The notes beneath the pieces were generated by a model. That model worked only from the letters and a program-made list of their open reading frames with translations, was not told the origin of the DNA and did not search any database. A stretch of 64,000 nt of DNA. Source: Eledone cirrhosa (Eukaryota). The translations under genes and the position numbers were made by a program. The stretch covers positions 426,064,001 through 426,128,000 of the forward strand of contig OZ024740.1 of NCBI GenBank assembly GCA_964016885.1, written 5' to 3'. Shown here piece by piece: positions 40,240 to 54,400 of this stretch. Position 1 is the stretch's first letter. Each line of letters opens with the position of its first letter.

Positions 40240-42182
40240 GAGTAATATAAAGTTATATAGAGTTATATAGAGTAATGTAGTGTAATGTAGTGTAATATAT
40301 AGTAATGTAGTGTAAGATAGTGTAGTATAGAGTAATCTAGAGTTATATAGAGTAATGTAGTGTAATATAGAGTAATATAGAGTTGTATAGAGTTATATAG
40401 AGTAATGTAGTGTAATGTAGTGTAATATAGAGTAATATAGTGTAATATATAGTAATGTAGTGTAATATAGTGTAATATATAGTAATGTACTGTAATATAG
40501 TGTAATATAGTGTAATATATAGTAATATATAGTAATGTACTGTAATATAGTGTAATATATAGTAATGTAGTGTAAGATAGTGTAATATAGTGTAATATAT
40601 AGTAATATAGAGTAATGTAGTGTAATATAGTGTAATATATAGTAATGTAGTGTAAGATAGTGTAATATAGTGTAATATATAGTAATATAGAGTAATGTAG
40701 TGTAATATAGTGTAATATATAGTAATGTAGTGTAATATAGAGGAATGCTTCTTCTTCACTTCACTTCGGCCGAGTTTACACTGGCAAAGATTCAGCACGC
40801 CTTCTCCAATCGTCCCGGTCGACATTTCTCAGTTCCTCGATGTTATCAATGTTGGCATCTCTTAGCAGGGTATCATCTGACCGCCGGTTTCCAGAGCACA
40901 ATTTGTGATGTAGTTTCATTCGTCTACAGGAAACTTTTTTTGAGACTGGTGATAGTGACCTGTATAGTTCCTTATTTGTCAGCTTCTGTTTCCAAAAAAT
41001 GTTGAGAGCCATTCTCAACATCCTCGTGTAACGTCCGTCAAGTATCTTACATAGCACTTTGTCAATAGTCCACATTTCATTGCCGTGAAGCAGGATGCAT
41101 TCAACAGTTATTAGGAAGAGGTGCTCCTTGATTTAATATAGTGTAATATAAAGTAATATAGTGTAATATAGAGTAATATAGTGTAATATAGAGTAATATA
41201 GTATAATATAGTGTAATATAGAGTAATATAGTGTAATATAGAGTAATATAGTGTAATATAGAGTAATATAGAGTAATATAGTGTAATATAGAGTAATATA
41301 GTGTAATATAGTGTAATATAGAGTAATATAGTGTAATATAGTGTAATATAGAGTAATATAGTGTAATATAGTGTAATATAGAGTAATATAGTGTAATATA
41401 GAGTAATATAGTGTAATATAGTGTAATATAGTGTAATATAGAGTAATATAGTGCAATATTGAGTAATATAGTGCAATATAGAGTAATGTAGTGTAATATA
41501 GTGTAATATAGTGTAATATAGAGTAATAGAGTGTAATATAGAGTAATATAGAGTAATATAGTGTAATATAGAGTAATATAGTGTAATATAGAGTAATATA
41601 GAGTAAGATAGTGTAATATAGTGTAATATAGAGTAATATAGTGTAATATAGTGTAATATAGTGTAATATAGAGTAATATAGAGTAATATAGTGTAATATA
41701 GTGTAATATAGAGTAATATAGTGCAATATTGAGTAATATAGTGGAATATAGTGTAATATAGTGTAATATAGTGTAATATAGAATAATTTAGTGTAATATA
41801 GAGTAATATAGAGTAATATAGTGTAATATAGAGTAATGTAGTGTAATATAGTGTAATAATAGAGTAATATAGTGTAATATAGAGTAATATAGTGTAATAT
41901 AGTGTAATAATACAGTAATATAGTGTAATATAGAGTAATATAGAGTAATATAGTGTAATATAGAGTAATATAGTGTAATATAGAGTAATATAGTGTAATA
42001 TAGTGTAATATAGTGTAATATAGTGTAATGATAGAGTAATATAGTGTAATATAGTGTAATATAGTGTAATATAGTGTAATATAGAGTAATATAGTGTAAT
42101 ATAGTGTAATATAGAGTAATATAGTGTAATATAGAGTAATATAGTGTAATATAGAGTAATATAGAGTAATATAGAGTAATAT
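40240..42182 (+). repeat. 10-bp satellite (GTAATATAGW)n interrupted by a LINE fragment
   Basis: Direct reading at 40240-40742 and 41134-42182. Confidence 0.93.
40746..41110 (-). mobile_element. RTE-type LINE 3' fragment
   Basis: VECILLHGNEMWTI...LDGRYTRMLRMALNIFWKQKLTNKELY...DRDDWRR; short (GAA)n-like tail. Confidence 0.7.
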
Positions 42183-42804
42183 AGGAAAGAGCAGTGTCTA
42201 CAGGAGAGGTTTAATACTTTCTCAAGAAACATAGAATACCAAAAAAAGAAGCCGTGTTTATTCAGGTTTAAATCCCGTTGTTCTGTTCGCCTCAACAAAC
42301 AATGGAGTCTCTATGATATTTCTGACAGACTTTCATTTTTCAACTTGTTGATACACGATTTCTGTCAGACGAAATCAATTCTTCAAACTTGCCGCCCGCC
42401 ATTTCAAAGTCAGATATGATATCTAATGTGCTTATATATATATTATTGTATGTATGTGTGTATGTATGTGTGTATGTATGTGTGTATGTATATGTGTATA
42501 TATGTGTGTGTGTATGTGTGTATGTATGTGCGTATGTATGTATGTATGTATATATGTATGTATGTGTGTATGTATGTATGAATGTATGCATGTATGTATG
42601 TATTTGTGTGTGTATATGTATCTATGTATGAATATATGTATGCATGTATGTATGAATGTGTGTATGTATGTATGAATGTATGTATGTATGTGTGTATGTG
42701 TGTATGAGTCAACAGCCATCCAAAAGTGTGTAAATATGTATATACACATGTACATATGTATGTATATGTGTATATACATGGGTGCATGTGTATGTATATG
42801 CGCG

Positions 42805-43135
42805 GGGACATAGAAATAGTCGGGCTGGACACCCGATCGCGCGGTTAAACCACCGGGAGTGAAGGACCCCTAGCCTTTGTCAGGGCATTCTTCTATGAGA
42901 AGGCAACTCAGGAAACTGCAGCTCAGTAGTTACCGATGATGTTGATCTTTTCTTCTTTTCGGGTTATAGCTACTGTCGCTCAGAGAGTGGGATTGGCTCA
43001 GTGCAGTCTTTCCTCCCTTTACAAATAAATCTTCACGCACAGGCATTGCACGATGGCATTATGGCATTAATTAATAATTATTAATAATGTTATATTGTGC
43101 AATGGCCATACTCGATAACGAGGGGGAGCCATCAT
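42805..43135 (+). mobile_element. Diverged relative of the RTE-derived non-autonomous element
   Basis: Shares caccgggag..gacccc.tagcctttgtca, gatgttga, gagagtggga, cacaggcattgc and the 3' ggccatactcgataacgag..agcca end. Confidence 0.6.
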
Positions 43136-43147
43136 CATATATGTATG

Positions 43148-43860
43148 TTCTTCTGGTTTTTTAATTTCTCAAATTTTTTCCCAATAGAGAAAGTCGGGTT
43201 CTAACATAGATACAAGACTCTCTCATTGGAATTTACACAACATCAACTAGGTAGATATGTATGTATATATGCATGTGTAGATATGAATGTTATTGTATGT
43301 GTGGATGTGTATGTTTTGAGTTGTATGTGTGCATGTGTATATGCTTTGTATCTGTACATGTGTATATGCAGTTATTAGATGCAACATTTTTGGAATGTTT
43401 TACATATTTTTACTGTTCCATTAATGGATTGTACTTGTAATTTCCTAACTAGTTGTGTTCTTTCTGTTCCTGTGAAGCCCATCTTCTCAAGATTTGTATT
43501 GAGGCAGTTACTAAAATACCCCAGTGCCCCAATAATAACAGGCATAAATCTGAAGGTGTAATCAGGATGGAGTATCTGCAGATTTCTCATCAGTTCTGCA
43601 TAAATATTCTCCTTTTCGCTAATCTTTGATATTATATTGGCATCTGCTGGGCAGCTAATTTCCACTACTGTGCATACATTCTTCTCCCTGTCCCATACCA
43701 TAATATCTGGTCTGTTATGCCTGCATTTTATTGGGGTTTTTACTGGAACATTCCACCAGTACTCTTTCATATTATGTACATGGATGTCTTCCACATTGCT
43801 GTAGCTTTTAATGTGTTTATTACCGGGGCTATCTTTTTTAGGAACAGCATCGTAGTGTTT
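43148..43860 (-). mobile_element. R4/Dong-like RLE LINE 3' fragment (second family)
   Basis: EYWWNVPVKT..HNRPDIMVWD..VVEISCP..KENIY.EL...PVIIGALG; homologous to the C-terminus of the 20.4-kb element. Confidence 0.8.
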
Positions 43861-43968
43861 TGGCCACTAATTACATCATACCTCATAGGTAGATAGTACC
43901 ACTACAATATCTTTGGACAGCTGATAATGACATGGGTGTATGTATGTATGTATGTATGTATGTATGTA

Positions 43969-44560
43969 TGGTGCTACTGGTAACATGTATCCCAGTACAA
44001 CCTGTCTCATGGTCGGGTCGTTGGCGACTAAACTGGCAACCCCACCAAGGTTTCTTGGTGAGGAGGGTGACTTTGGACATCCTGCAGGACTAAAAACAAA
44101 ACCTGTCAAAGGGCAAAGGAGCTCTTAAGAGTCAATGGCCATCCAAAATCACCGGGAGAGATGACCCCTTAGCCTTTGTCAAGGCAGAATTCTAGGAGAA
44201 GGAAAACTCTGATATAACACCTGCAACCCTGATGGTATCCAATGATGTTGACTTGTTCTTCTTTTTGGTAAATATCATCTTGGTTAAGAGAGTGGGTCTG
44301 GCTTTGTGCAGTGCCTTTGCTCACTATAAAAGCTTCACGGCACAGGCATTGCTTTATATCTGGAGATCTCTCTGCACTTGTCGTCACATGGTACCATGGG
44401 CCCAACACTATGTGTCAATAATTGTCACAAGTGTAGTCTTTGTACCAGAGTTTTCAAGTCGCTGGCTGGACTAAAAAGTCACTCGTTCAGCGCATCAGTA
44501 GGGGTTCTCCTACATGGATATAAAGTAGTGGCCGTACTCGAAAACGAGTTGGCAGCCACC
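43969..44560 (+). mobile_element. Non-autonomous RTE-derived element, copy 3
   Basis: Homologous to 22078-22613; lies within (TATG)n. Confidence 0.72.
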
Positions 44561-44619
44561 ATATATATATATGTATATATGTAATGTATGTATGTATGTA
44601 TGTATGTATGTATATATGT

Positions 44620-45222
44620 CAGGTCACCAGTTGGTGCTACTGGTAACATGTATCCCAGTACAACCTGTCTCATGGTCGGGTCGTTGGCGACTAAACTGGC
44701 AACCCCACCAAGGTTTCTTGGTGAGGAGGGTGACTTTGGACATCCTGCAGGACTAAAAACAAAACCTGTCAAAGGGCAAAGGAGCTCTTAAGAGTCAATG
44801 GCCATCCAAAATCAACGGGAGAGATGACCCCTTAGCCTTTGTCAAGGCAGAATTCTAGGAGAAGGAAAACTCTGATATAACACCTGCAACCCTGATGGTA
44901 TCCAATGATGTTGACTTGTTCTTCTTTTTGGTAAATATCATCTTGGTTAAGAGAGTGGGACTGGCTTTGTGCAGTGCCTTTGCTCACTATAAAAGCTTCA
45001 CGGCACAGGCATTGCTTTATATCTGGGGATCTCTCTGCACTTGTCGTCACATGGTACCATGGGCCCAGCACTATGTGTCAATAATTGTCACAAGTGTAGT
45101 GTTTGTACCAGAGTTTTCAAGTCGCTGGCTGGACTAAAAAGTCACATTCATTCAGCGCATTGGTAGGGGTTCTACATGGATATAAAGTAGTGGCCGTACT
45201 CGAAAACGAGTTGGCAGCCACC
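44620..45222 (+). mobile_element. Non-autonomous RTE-derived element, copy 4 (longest 5' end)
   Basis: Tandem with copy 3; (ATGT)n tail. Confidence 0.72.
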
Positions 45223-45400
45223 ATGTATGTATGTATGTATGTATGTATGTATGTATGTATGTATGTATGTATGTATTAATGTATGTGTGTATATATGTAA
45301 GTATATATGTATGTGTGTACATAATTACAGCTATGAATCTAATTTTCTGTGGAATATCTGTAGATTTATTCTTAGCTGGAAATAGATGTTTTCTTTTTCA

Positions 45401-48400
45401 TTTACCTGCCAATCTAATCCAATCAACAACCTTCTCCTATTGTTACCTGTCAATCCAATCAACAACCTTTTCCTATTCTTACCGGTTATCCAATCAACAA
45501 CCGTCTCCTATTGTTACCTGTCAATCTAATCCAATCAACAACCATCATCTATTGTTACCTGTCAATCCAATCAACAACCTTCTCCTATCGTTACCTGTCA
45601 ATCCAATCAACAGCCGTCTCCTATTGTTACCTGCCAATCTAATCCAAACAACAACCTTCTCCTGTTGTTACCTGTCAATCCAATCAAAAACCTTCTCCTA
45701 TTGTTACCTGCCAATCTAATCCAATCAACAACCTTCTCCTGTTGTTACCTGTCAATCCAATCAACAACCTTCTCCTATTGTTACCTGTCAATCTAATCCA
45801 ATCAACAACCATCATCTATTTTTACCTGTCAATCTAATCCAATCAACAACCATCATCTATTGTTACCTGTCAATCCAATCAACAACCTTCTATTGTTACC
45901 TGTCAATCCAATCAACAACCGTTTCCTATTGTTACCTGTCAATCTAATCCAATCAACAACATTCTCCTATTATTACCTGTCAATCTAATCCAATCAACAA
46001 CCTATTGTTACCTGTCAATCCAATCAACAACCGTTTCCTATTGTTACCTGTCAATCTAATCCAATCAACAACATTCTCCTATTATTACCTGTCAATCTAA
46101 TCCAATCAACAACCTATTGTTACCTGTCAATCCAAACAACAACCTTCTCCTATTGTTACCTGTCAAACTAATCAACAACCGTCTCCTATTGTTACCTGTT
46201 AATCCAATCAACAACATTCTCCTATTGTTACCTGTCAAACTAATCAACAACCGTCTCCTATTGTTAACTGTTAATCCAATCAACAACCTTCTCCTATTGT
46301 TACCTGTCAATCTAATCAACAACCGTCTCCTATTGTTACCTGTCAATCTGATCCAATCAACAACCTTCTCCTATTGTTACCTGTCAATCTAATCCAAATA
46401 ACAACCTTCTCCTATTGTTACCTGTCAATCTAATCAACAACCTTCTCCTATTGTTACCTGTAAATCTAATTCAATCAACAACCGTCTCCTATTGTTACCT
46501 GTCAATCTAATCCAATCAACAAACTTCTCCTATTGTTACCTGTCAATCCAATCAACAACCTTCTCCTATTTTTACCTGTCAATCCAATCAACAACCATCT
46601 CCTATTGTTACCTATCAATCCAATCCAATCAACAACCTTCTCCTATTGTTACCTGCCAATCCAATCAACAACCTTCTCCTATTTTTACCTGTCAATCCAA
46701 TCAACAGCCGTCTCCTATTGTTACCTGTCAATCTAATCCAATCAACAACCTTCTCCTATTGTTACCTGTCAATCAAATCAACAAACATCTCCTATTGTTA
46801 CCTGTCAATCCATTCAACAACCGTCTCCTATTGTTACCTGTCAATCTAATCCAATCAACAACCTTCTACTAGTGTTACCTGTCAATCCAATAAACAACCT
46901 ATTGTTACCTGACAATCCAATCAACAACATTCTCCTATTGTTAACTGTCAATCTAATCCAATCAACAACCTTCTCCTATTGTTACCTGTCAATCCAATCA
47001 ACAACCGTCTCCTATTGTTACCTGTATATCTAATCCAATCAACAACCGTCTCCTATTGTTACTTGTCAATCTAATCCAATCAACAACCTTCTCCTATTTT
47101 TACCTGTCAATCCAATCAACAACCGTCTCCTATTGTTACCTGTCAATCTAATCCAATCAACAACCTTCTCCTATTGTTATCTGTCAATCTGATCCAATCA
47201 AAAACCTTCTCCTATTGTTATCTGTCAATCCAATCAACAACCTATTGTTACCTGTCAATCCTATCAACAACCTTCAACCATTGTTACCTGTCATTCTAAT
47301 CCAATCAACAACCTTCTCCTATTATTACCTGTCAATCTGATCCAATCAACAACCTTCTCCTATTATTACCTGTCAATCCAATCAACAACCTATTGTTACC
47401 TGTCAATCCACTCAACAACCTTCTCCTATTGTTACCTGTCAATCCAATCAACAGCCTTCTCCTTTTACCTGTTAATCCAATCAACAACCGTCTCCTATTG
47501 TTACCTGTCAATCTAATCAACAACCGTCTCCTATTGTTACCTGTCAATCTAATCAACAACCGTCTCCTATTGTTACCTGTCAATACAATCATCAACCTTC
47601 TCCTATTTTTACCTGTGAATCCAAACAAGAACCGTCTCCTATTGTTACCTGTCAACCTAATCCAGTCAACAACCGTCTCCTATTGTTACCTATCAATCTA
47701 ATCCAATCAACAACCTTCTCCTATTCTTACCTGTCAATCTAATCAACAACATTCACCTATTGTTACCTGTCAATCTAATCCAATCAATAACATTCTCCTA
47801 TTGTTACCTGTCAATCTAATCCAATCAACAACCGTCTCCTATTGTTACCTGTCAATCTAATCCAATCAACAACCTTCTCCCATTGTTACCTCTCAATCTA
47901 ATCAACAACCGTCTCCTATTGTTACCTGTCAATCTAATCAACAACCGTCTCCTATTTTTACCTGTCAATCCAATCACGATCCGTCTCCTATTGTTACCTG
48001 TCAATCTAATCCAATCAACAACCTTCTCCTATTGTTACCTGTCAATCTAATCAACAACCTTCTCCTATTGATACTTGTCAATCTAATCCAATCAACAACC
48101 TTCTCCTATTGTTACCTTTCAATCCAATCAACAACCTTCTCCTATTTTTACCTGTCAATCCAATCAACAACCGGCTCCTATTGTTACCTGTCAATCTAAT
48201 CCAATCAACAACCGTCTCCTATTGTTACCTGTCAATCTAATCCAATCAACAACCTTCTCTTATTTTTACCTGTCAATCCAATCAACAACCGTCTCCTATT
48301 TTTACCTGTCAATCTAATCCAATCAACAACCTTCTTCTATTGTTACCTGTCAATCTGATCCAATCAACAACCTTCTCCTTTTTTTACCTGTCAATCCAAT

Positions 48401-51400
48401 CAACAACCGTCTCCTATTGTTACCTGTCAATCTAATCCAATGAACAACCGTCTCCTATTGTTTCCTGTCAATCCAATTAACAACCTTCTCCTATTGTTAC
48501 CTGTCAATGTAATCCAATCAACAACCTTCTCCTATTTTTACCTGTCAATCCAATCAACAACCGTCTCCTATTGTTACCTGTCAATCTAATCTAATCAACA
48601 ACCTTCTCCTATTGTTATCTGTCAATCTGATCCAATCAACAACCTTCTCCTATTGTTATCTGTTAATCCAATCAACAACCTATTGTTACCTGTCAATCCA
48701 ATCAACAACCTTCTCCTATTGTTACCTGTCATTCTAATCCAATCAACAACCTTCTTCTATTGTTACGTGTCAATCTGATCCAATCAACAACCTTCTCCTA
48801 TTGTTACCTGTCAATCCAATCAACAACCTATTGTTACCTGTCAATCCACTCAACAATCTTCTCCTATTGTTACCTGTCAATCCAATCAACAGCCTTCTCC
48901 TATTACCTGTCAATCCAATCAACAACCGTCTCCTATTGTTAGCGGTCAAACTAATCCAGTCAACAATCTTCTCCTATTGTTACCTGTCAATCCAATCAAC
49001 AGCCTTCTCCTTTTACCTGTTAATCCAATCAACAACCGTCTCCTATTGTTACCTGTCAATCTAATCAACAACCGTCTCCTATTGTTACCTGTCAATCTAA
49101 TCAACAACCGTCTCCTATTGTTACCTGTCAATACAATCATCAACCTTCTCCTATTTTTACCTGTGAATCCAAACAAGAACCGTCTCCTATTGTTACCTGT
49201 CAACCTAATCCAGTCAACAACCGTCTCCTATTGTTACCTATCAATCTAATCCAATCAACAACCTTCTCCTATTCTTACCTGTCAATCTAATCAACAACAT
49301 TCACCTATTGTTACCTGTCAATCTAATCCAATCAACAACATTCTCCTATTGTTACGTGTCAATCTAATCCAATCAACAACCGTCTCCTATTGTTACCTGT
49401 CAATCTAATCCAATCAACAACCTTCTCCCATTGTTACCTCTCAATCTAATCAACAACCGTCTCCTATTGTTACCTGTCAATCTAATCAACAACCGTCTCC
49501 TATTTTTACCTGTCAATCCAATCACGATCCGTCTCCTATTGTTACCTGTCAATCTAATCCAATCAACAACCTTCTCCTATTGTTACCTGTCAATCTAATC
49601 AACAACCTTCTCCTATTGATACTTGTCAATCTAATCCAATCAACAACCTTCTCCTATTGTTACCTTTCAATCCAATCAACAACCTTCTCCTATTTTTACC
49701 TGTCAATCCAATCAACAACCGGCTCCTATTGTTACCTGTCAATCTAATCCAATCAACAACCGTCTCCTATTGTTACCTGTCAATCTAATCCAATCAACAA
49801 CCTTCTCTTATTTTTACCTGTCAATCCAATCAACAACCGTCTCCTATTTTTACCTGTCAATCTAATCCAATCAACAACCTTCTTCTATTGTTACCTGTCA
49901 ATCTGATCCAATCAACAACCTTCTCCTTTTTTTACCTGTCAATCCAATCAACAACCGTCTCCTATTGTTACCTGTCAATCTAATCCAATGAACAACCGTC
50001 TCCTATTGTTTCCTGTCAATCCAATTAACAACCTTCTCCTATTGTTACCTGTCAATGTAATCCAATCAACAACCTTCTCCTATTTTTACCTGTCAATCCA
50101 ATCAACAACCGTCTCCTATTGTTACCTGTCAATCTAATCTAATCAACAACCTTCTCCTATTGTTATCTGTCAATCTGATCCAATCAACAACCTTCTCCTA
50201 TTGTTATCTGTTAATCCAATCAACAACCTATTGTTACCTGTCAATCCAATCAACAACCTTCTCCTATTGTTACCTGTCATTCTAATCCAATCAACAACCT
50301 TCTTCTATTGTTACGTGTCAATCTGATCCAATCAACAACCTTCTCCTATTGTTACCTGTCAATCCAATCAACAACCTATTGTTACCTGTCAATCCACTCA
50401 ACAATCTTCTCCTATTGTTACCTGTCAATCCAATCAACAGCCTTCTCCTATTACCTGTCAATCCAATCAACAACCGTCTCCTATTGTTAGCGGTCAAACT
50501 AATCCAGTCAACAATCTTCTCCTATTGTTACCTGTCAATCCAATCAACAGCCTTCTCCTTTTACCTGTTAATCCAATCAACAACCGTCTCCTATTGTTAC
50601 CTGTCAATCTAATCAACAACCGTCTCCTATTGTTACCTGTCAATCTAATCAACAACCGTCTCCTATTGTTACCTGTCAATACAATCATCAACCTTCTCCT
50701 ATTTTTACCTGTGAATCCAAACAAGAACCGTCTCCTATTGTTACCTGTCAACCTAATCCAGTCAACAACCGTCTCCTATTGTTACCTATCAATCTAATCC
50801 AATCAACAACCTTCTCCTATTCTTACCTGTCAATCTAATCAACAACATTCACCTATTGTTACCTGTCAATCTAATCCAATCAACAACATTCTCCTATTGT
50901 TACGTGTCAATCTAATCCAATCAACAACCGTCTCCTATTGTTACCTGTCAATCTAATCCAATCAACAACCTTCTCCCATTGTTACCTCTCAATCTAATCA
51001 ACAACCGTCTCCTATTGTTACCTGTCAATCTAATCAACAACCGTCTCCTATTTTTACCTGTCAATCCAATCACGAACCGTCTCCTATTGTTACCTGTCAA
51101 TCTAATCCAATCAACAACCTTCTCCTATTGTTACCTGTCAATCTAATCAACAACCTTCTCCTATTGATACTTGTCAATCTAATCCAATCAACAACCTTCT
51201 CCTATTGTTACCTTTCAATCCAACAACCTTCTCCTATTTTTACCTGTCAATCCAATCAACAACCGGCTCCTATTGTTACCTGTCAATCTAATCCAATCAA
51301 CAACCGTCTCCTATTGTTACCTGTCAATCTAATCCAATCAACAACCTTCTCCTTTTTTTACCTGTCAATCCAATCAACAACCGTCTCCTATTGTTAACTG

Positions 51401-54400
51401 TCAATCTAATCCAATGAACAACCGTCTCCTATTGTTTCCTGTCAATCCAATCAACAACCTTCTCCTATTGTTACCTGTCAATGTAATCCAATCAACAACC
51501 TTTCTCCTATTTTTACCTGTCAATCCAATCAACAACCGTCTCCTATTGTTACCTGTCAATCTAATCCAATCAACAACCTTCTCCTATTGTTACCTGTCAA
51601 TCTAATCCAATCAACAACCTTCTCCTATTGTTACCTGTCAATCTAATCCAATAAACAACCTTCTCCTATTGTTAGCTGTCAATCTAATCCAATCAACAAC
51701 CGTCTCCTATTGTTACCTGTCAATCTAATCCAATCAACAACCTTCTCCTATTGTTACCTGTCAATGTAATCCAATCAACAACCTTTCTCCTATTTTTACC
51801 TGTCAATCCAATCAACAACCGTCTCCTATTGTTACCTGTCAATCTAATCCAATCAACAACCTTCTCCTATTGTTACATGTCAATCTAATCCAATCAACAA
51901 CCTTCTCCTATTGTTACCTGTCAATCTAATCCAATAAACAACCTTCTCCTATTGTTAGCTGTCAATCTAATCCAATCAACAACCGTCTCCTATTGTTACC
52001 TGTCAATCTAATCCAATCAACAACCTTCTCCCATTGTTACCTGTCAATCTAATCAACAACCGTCTCCTATTCTTACCTGTCAATCTAATCAACAATCGTC
52101 TCCTATTGTTACCTGTCAATCCAATCATCAAGCTTCTCCTATTTTTACCTGTGAATCCAATCAAGAGCCGTCTCCTATTGTTACCTGTCAATCTAATCCA
52201 ATCAACAACCTTCTCCAATTCTTACCTGTCAATCTAATCAACAGCATTCTCCTATTGTTACCTGTCAATCTAATCCAATCAACAACCTTCTCCTATTGTT
52301 ACCTGTCAATCTAATCCAATCAACAACCTTCTCCTATTGTTACCTGTCAATCTAATCCAATCAACAACCGTCTCCTATTGTTACCTGTCAATCTAATCCA
52401 ATCAACAACCTTCTCCCATTGTTACCTCTCAATCTAATCAACAACCGTCTCCTATTGTTACCTGTCAATCCAATCACGAACCGTCTCCTATTGTTACCTG
52501 TCAATCTAATCCAATCAACAACCTTCTCCTATTGTTACCTGTCAATCTAATCCAATCAACAACCTTCTCCTATTCTTACCTGTCAATCTAATCAACAACA
52601 TTCACCTATTGTTACCTGTCAATCTAATCCAATCAATAACATTCTCCTATTGTTACCTGTCAATCTAATCCAATCAACAACCGTCTCCTATTGTTACCTG
52701 TCAATCTAATCCAATCAACAACCTTCTCCCATTGTTACCTCTCAATCTAATCAACAACCGTCTCCTATTGTTACCTGTCAATCTAATCAACAACCGTCTC
52801 CTATTTTTACCTGTCAATCCAATCACGATCCGTCTCCTATTGTTACCTGTCAATCTAATCCAATCAACAACCTTCTCCTATTGTTACCTGTCAATCTAAT
52901 CAACAACCTTCTCCTATTGATACTTGTCAATCTAATCCAATCAACAACCTTCTCCTATTGTTACCTTTCAATCCAATCAACAACCTTCTCCTATTTTTAC
53001 CTGTCAATCCAATCAACAACCGGCTCCTATTGTTACCTGTCAATCTAATCCAATCAACAACCGTCTCCTATTGTTACCTGTCAATCTAATCCAATCAACA
53101 ACCTTCTCTTATTTTTACCTGTCAATCCAATCAACAACCGTCTCCTATTTTTACCTGTCAATCTAATCCAATCAACAACCTTCTTCTATTGTTACCTGTC
53201 AATCTGATCCAATCAACAACCTTCTCCTTTTTTTACCTGTCAATCCAATCAACAACCGTCTCCTATTGTTACCTGTCAATCTAATCCAATGAACAACCGT
53301 CTCCTATTGTTTCCTGTCAATCCAATTAACAACCTTCTCCTATTGTTACCTGTCAATGTAATCCAATCAACAACCTTCTCCTATTTTTACCTGTCAATCC
53401 AATCAACAACCGTCTCCTATTGTTACCTGTCAATCTAATCTAATCAACAACCTTCTCCTATTGTTATCTGTCAATCTGATCCAATCAACAACCTTCTCCT
53501 ATTGTTATCTGTTAATCCAATCAACAACCTATTGTTACCTGTCAATCCAATCAACAACCTTCTCCTATTGTTACCTGTCATTCTAATCCAATCAACAACC
53601 TTCTTCTATTGTTACGTGTCAATCTGATCCAATCAACAACCTTCTCCTATTGTTACCTGTCAATCCAATCAACAACCTATTGTTACCTGTCAATCCACTC
53701 AACAATCTTCTCCTATTGTTACCTGTCAATCCAATCAACAGCCTTCTCCTATTACCTGTCAATCCAATCAACAACCGTCTCCTATTGTTAGCGGTCAAAC
53801 TAATCCAGTCAACAATCTTCTCCTATTGTTACCTGTCAATCCAATCAACAGCCTTCTCCTTTTACCTGTTAATCCAATCAACAACCGTCTCCTATTGTTA
53901 CCTGTCAATCTAATCAACAACCGTCTCCTATTGTTACCTGTCAATCTAATCAACAACCGTCTCCTATTGTTACCTGTCAATACAATCATCAACCTTCTCC
54001 TATTTTTACCTGTGAATCCAAACAAGAACCGTCTCCTATTGTTACCTGTCAACCTAATCCAGTCAACAACCGTCTCCTATTGTTACCTATCAATCTAATC
54101 CAATCAACAACCTTCTCCTATTCTTACCTGTCAATCTAATCAACAACATTCACCTATTGTTACCTGTCAATCTAATCCAATCAACAACATTCTCCTATTG
54201 TTACGTGTCAATCTAATCCAATCAACAACCGTCTCCTATTGTTACCTGTCAATCTAATCCAATCAACAACCTTCTCCCATTGTTACCTCTCAATCTAATC
54301 AACAACCGTCTCCTATTGTTACCTGTCAATCTAATCAACAACCGTCTCCTATTTTTACCTGTCAATCCAATCACGAACCGTCTCCTATTGTTACCTGTCA

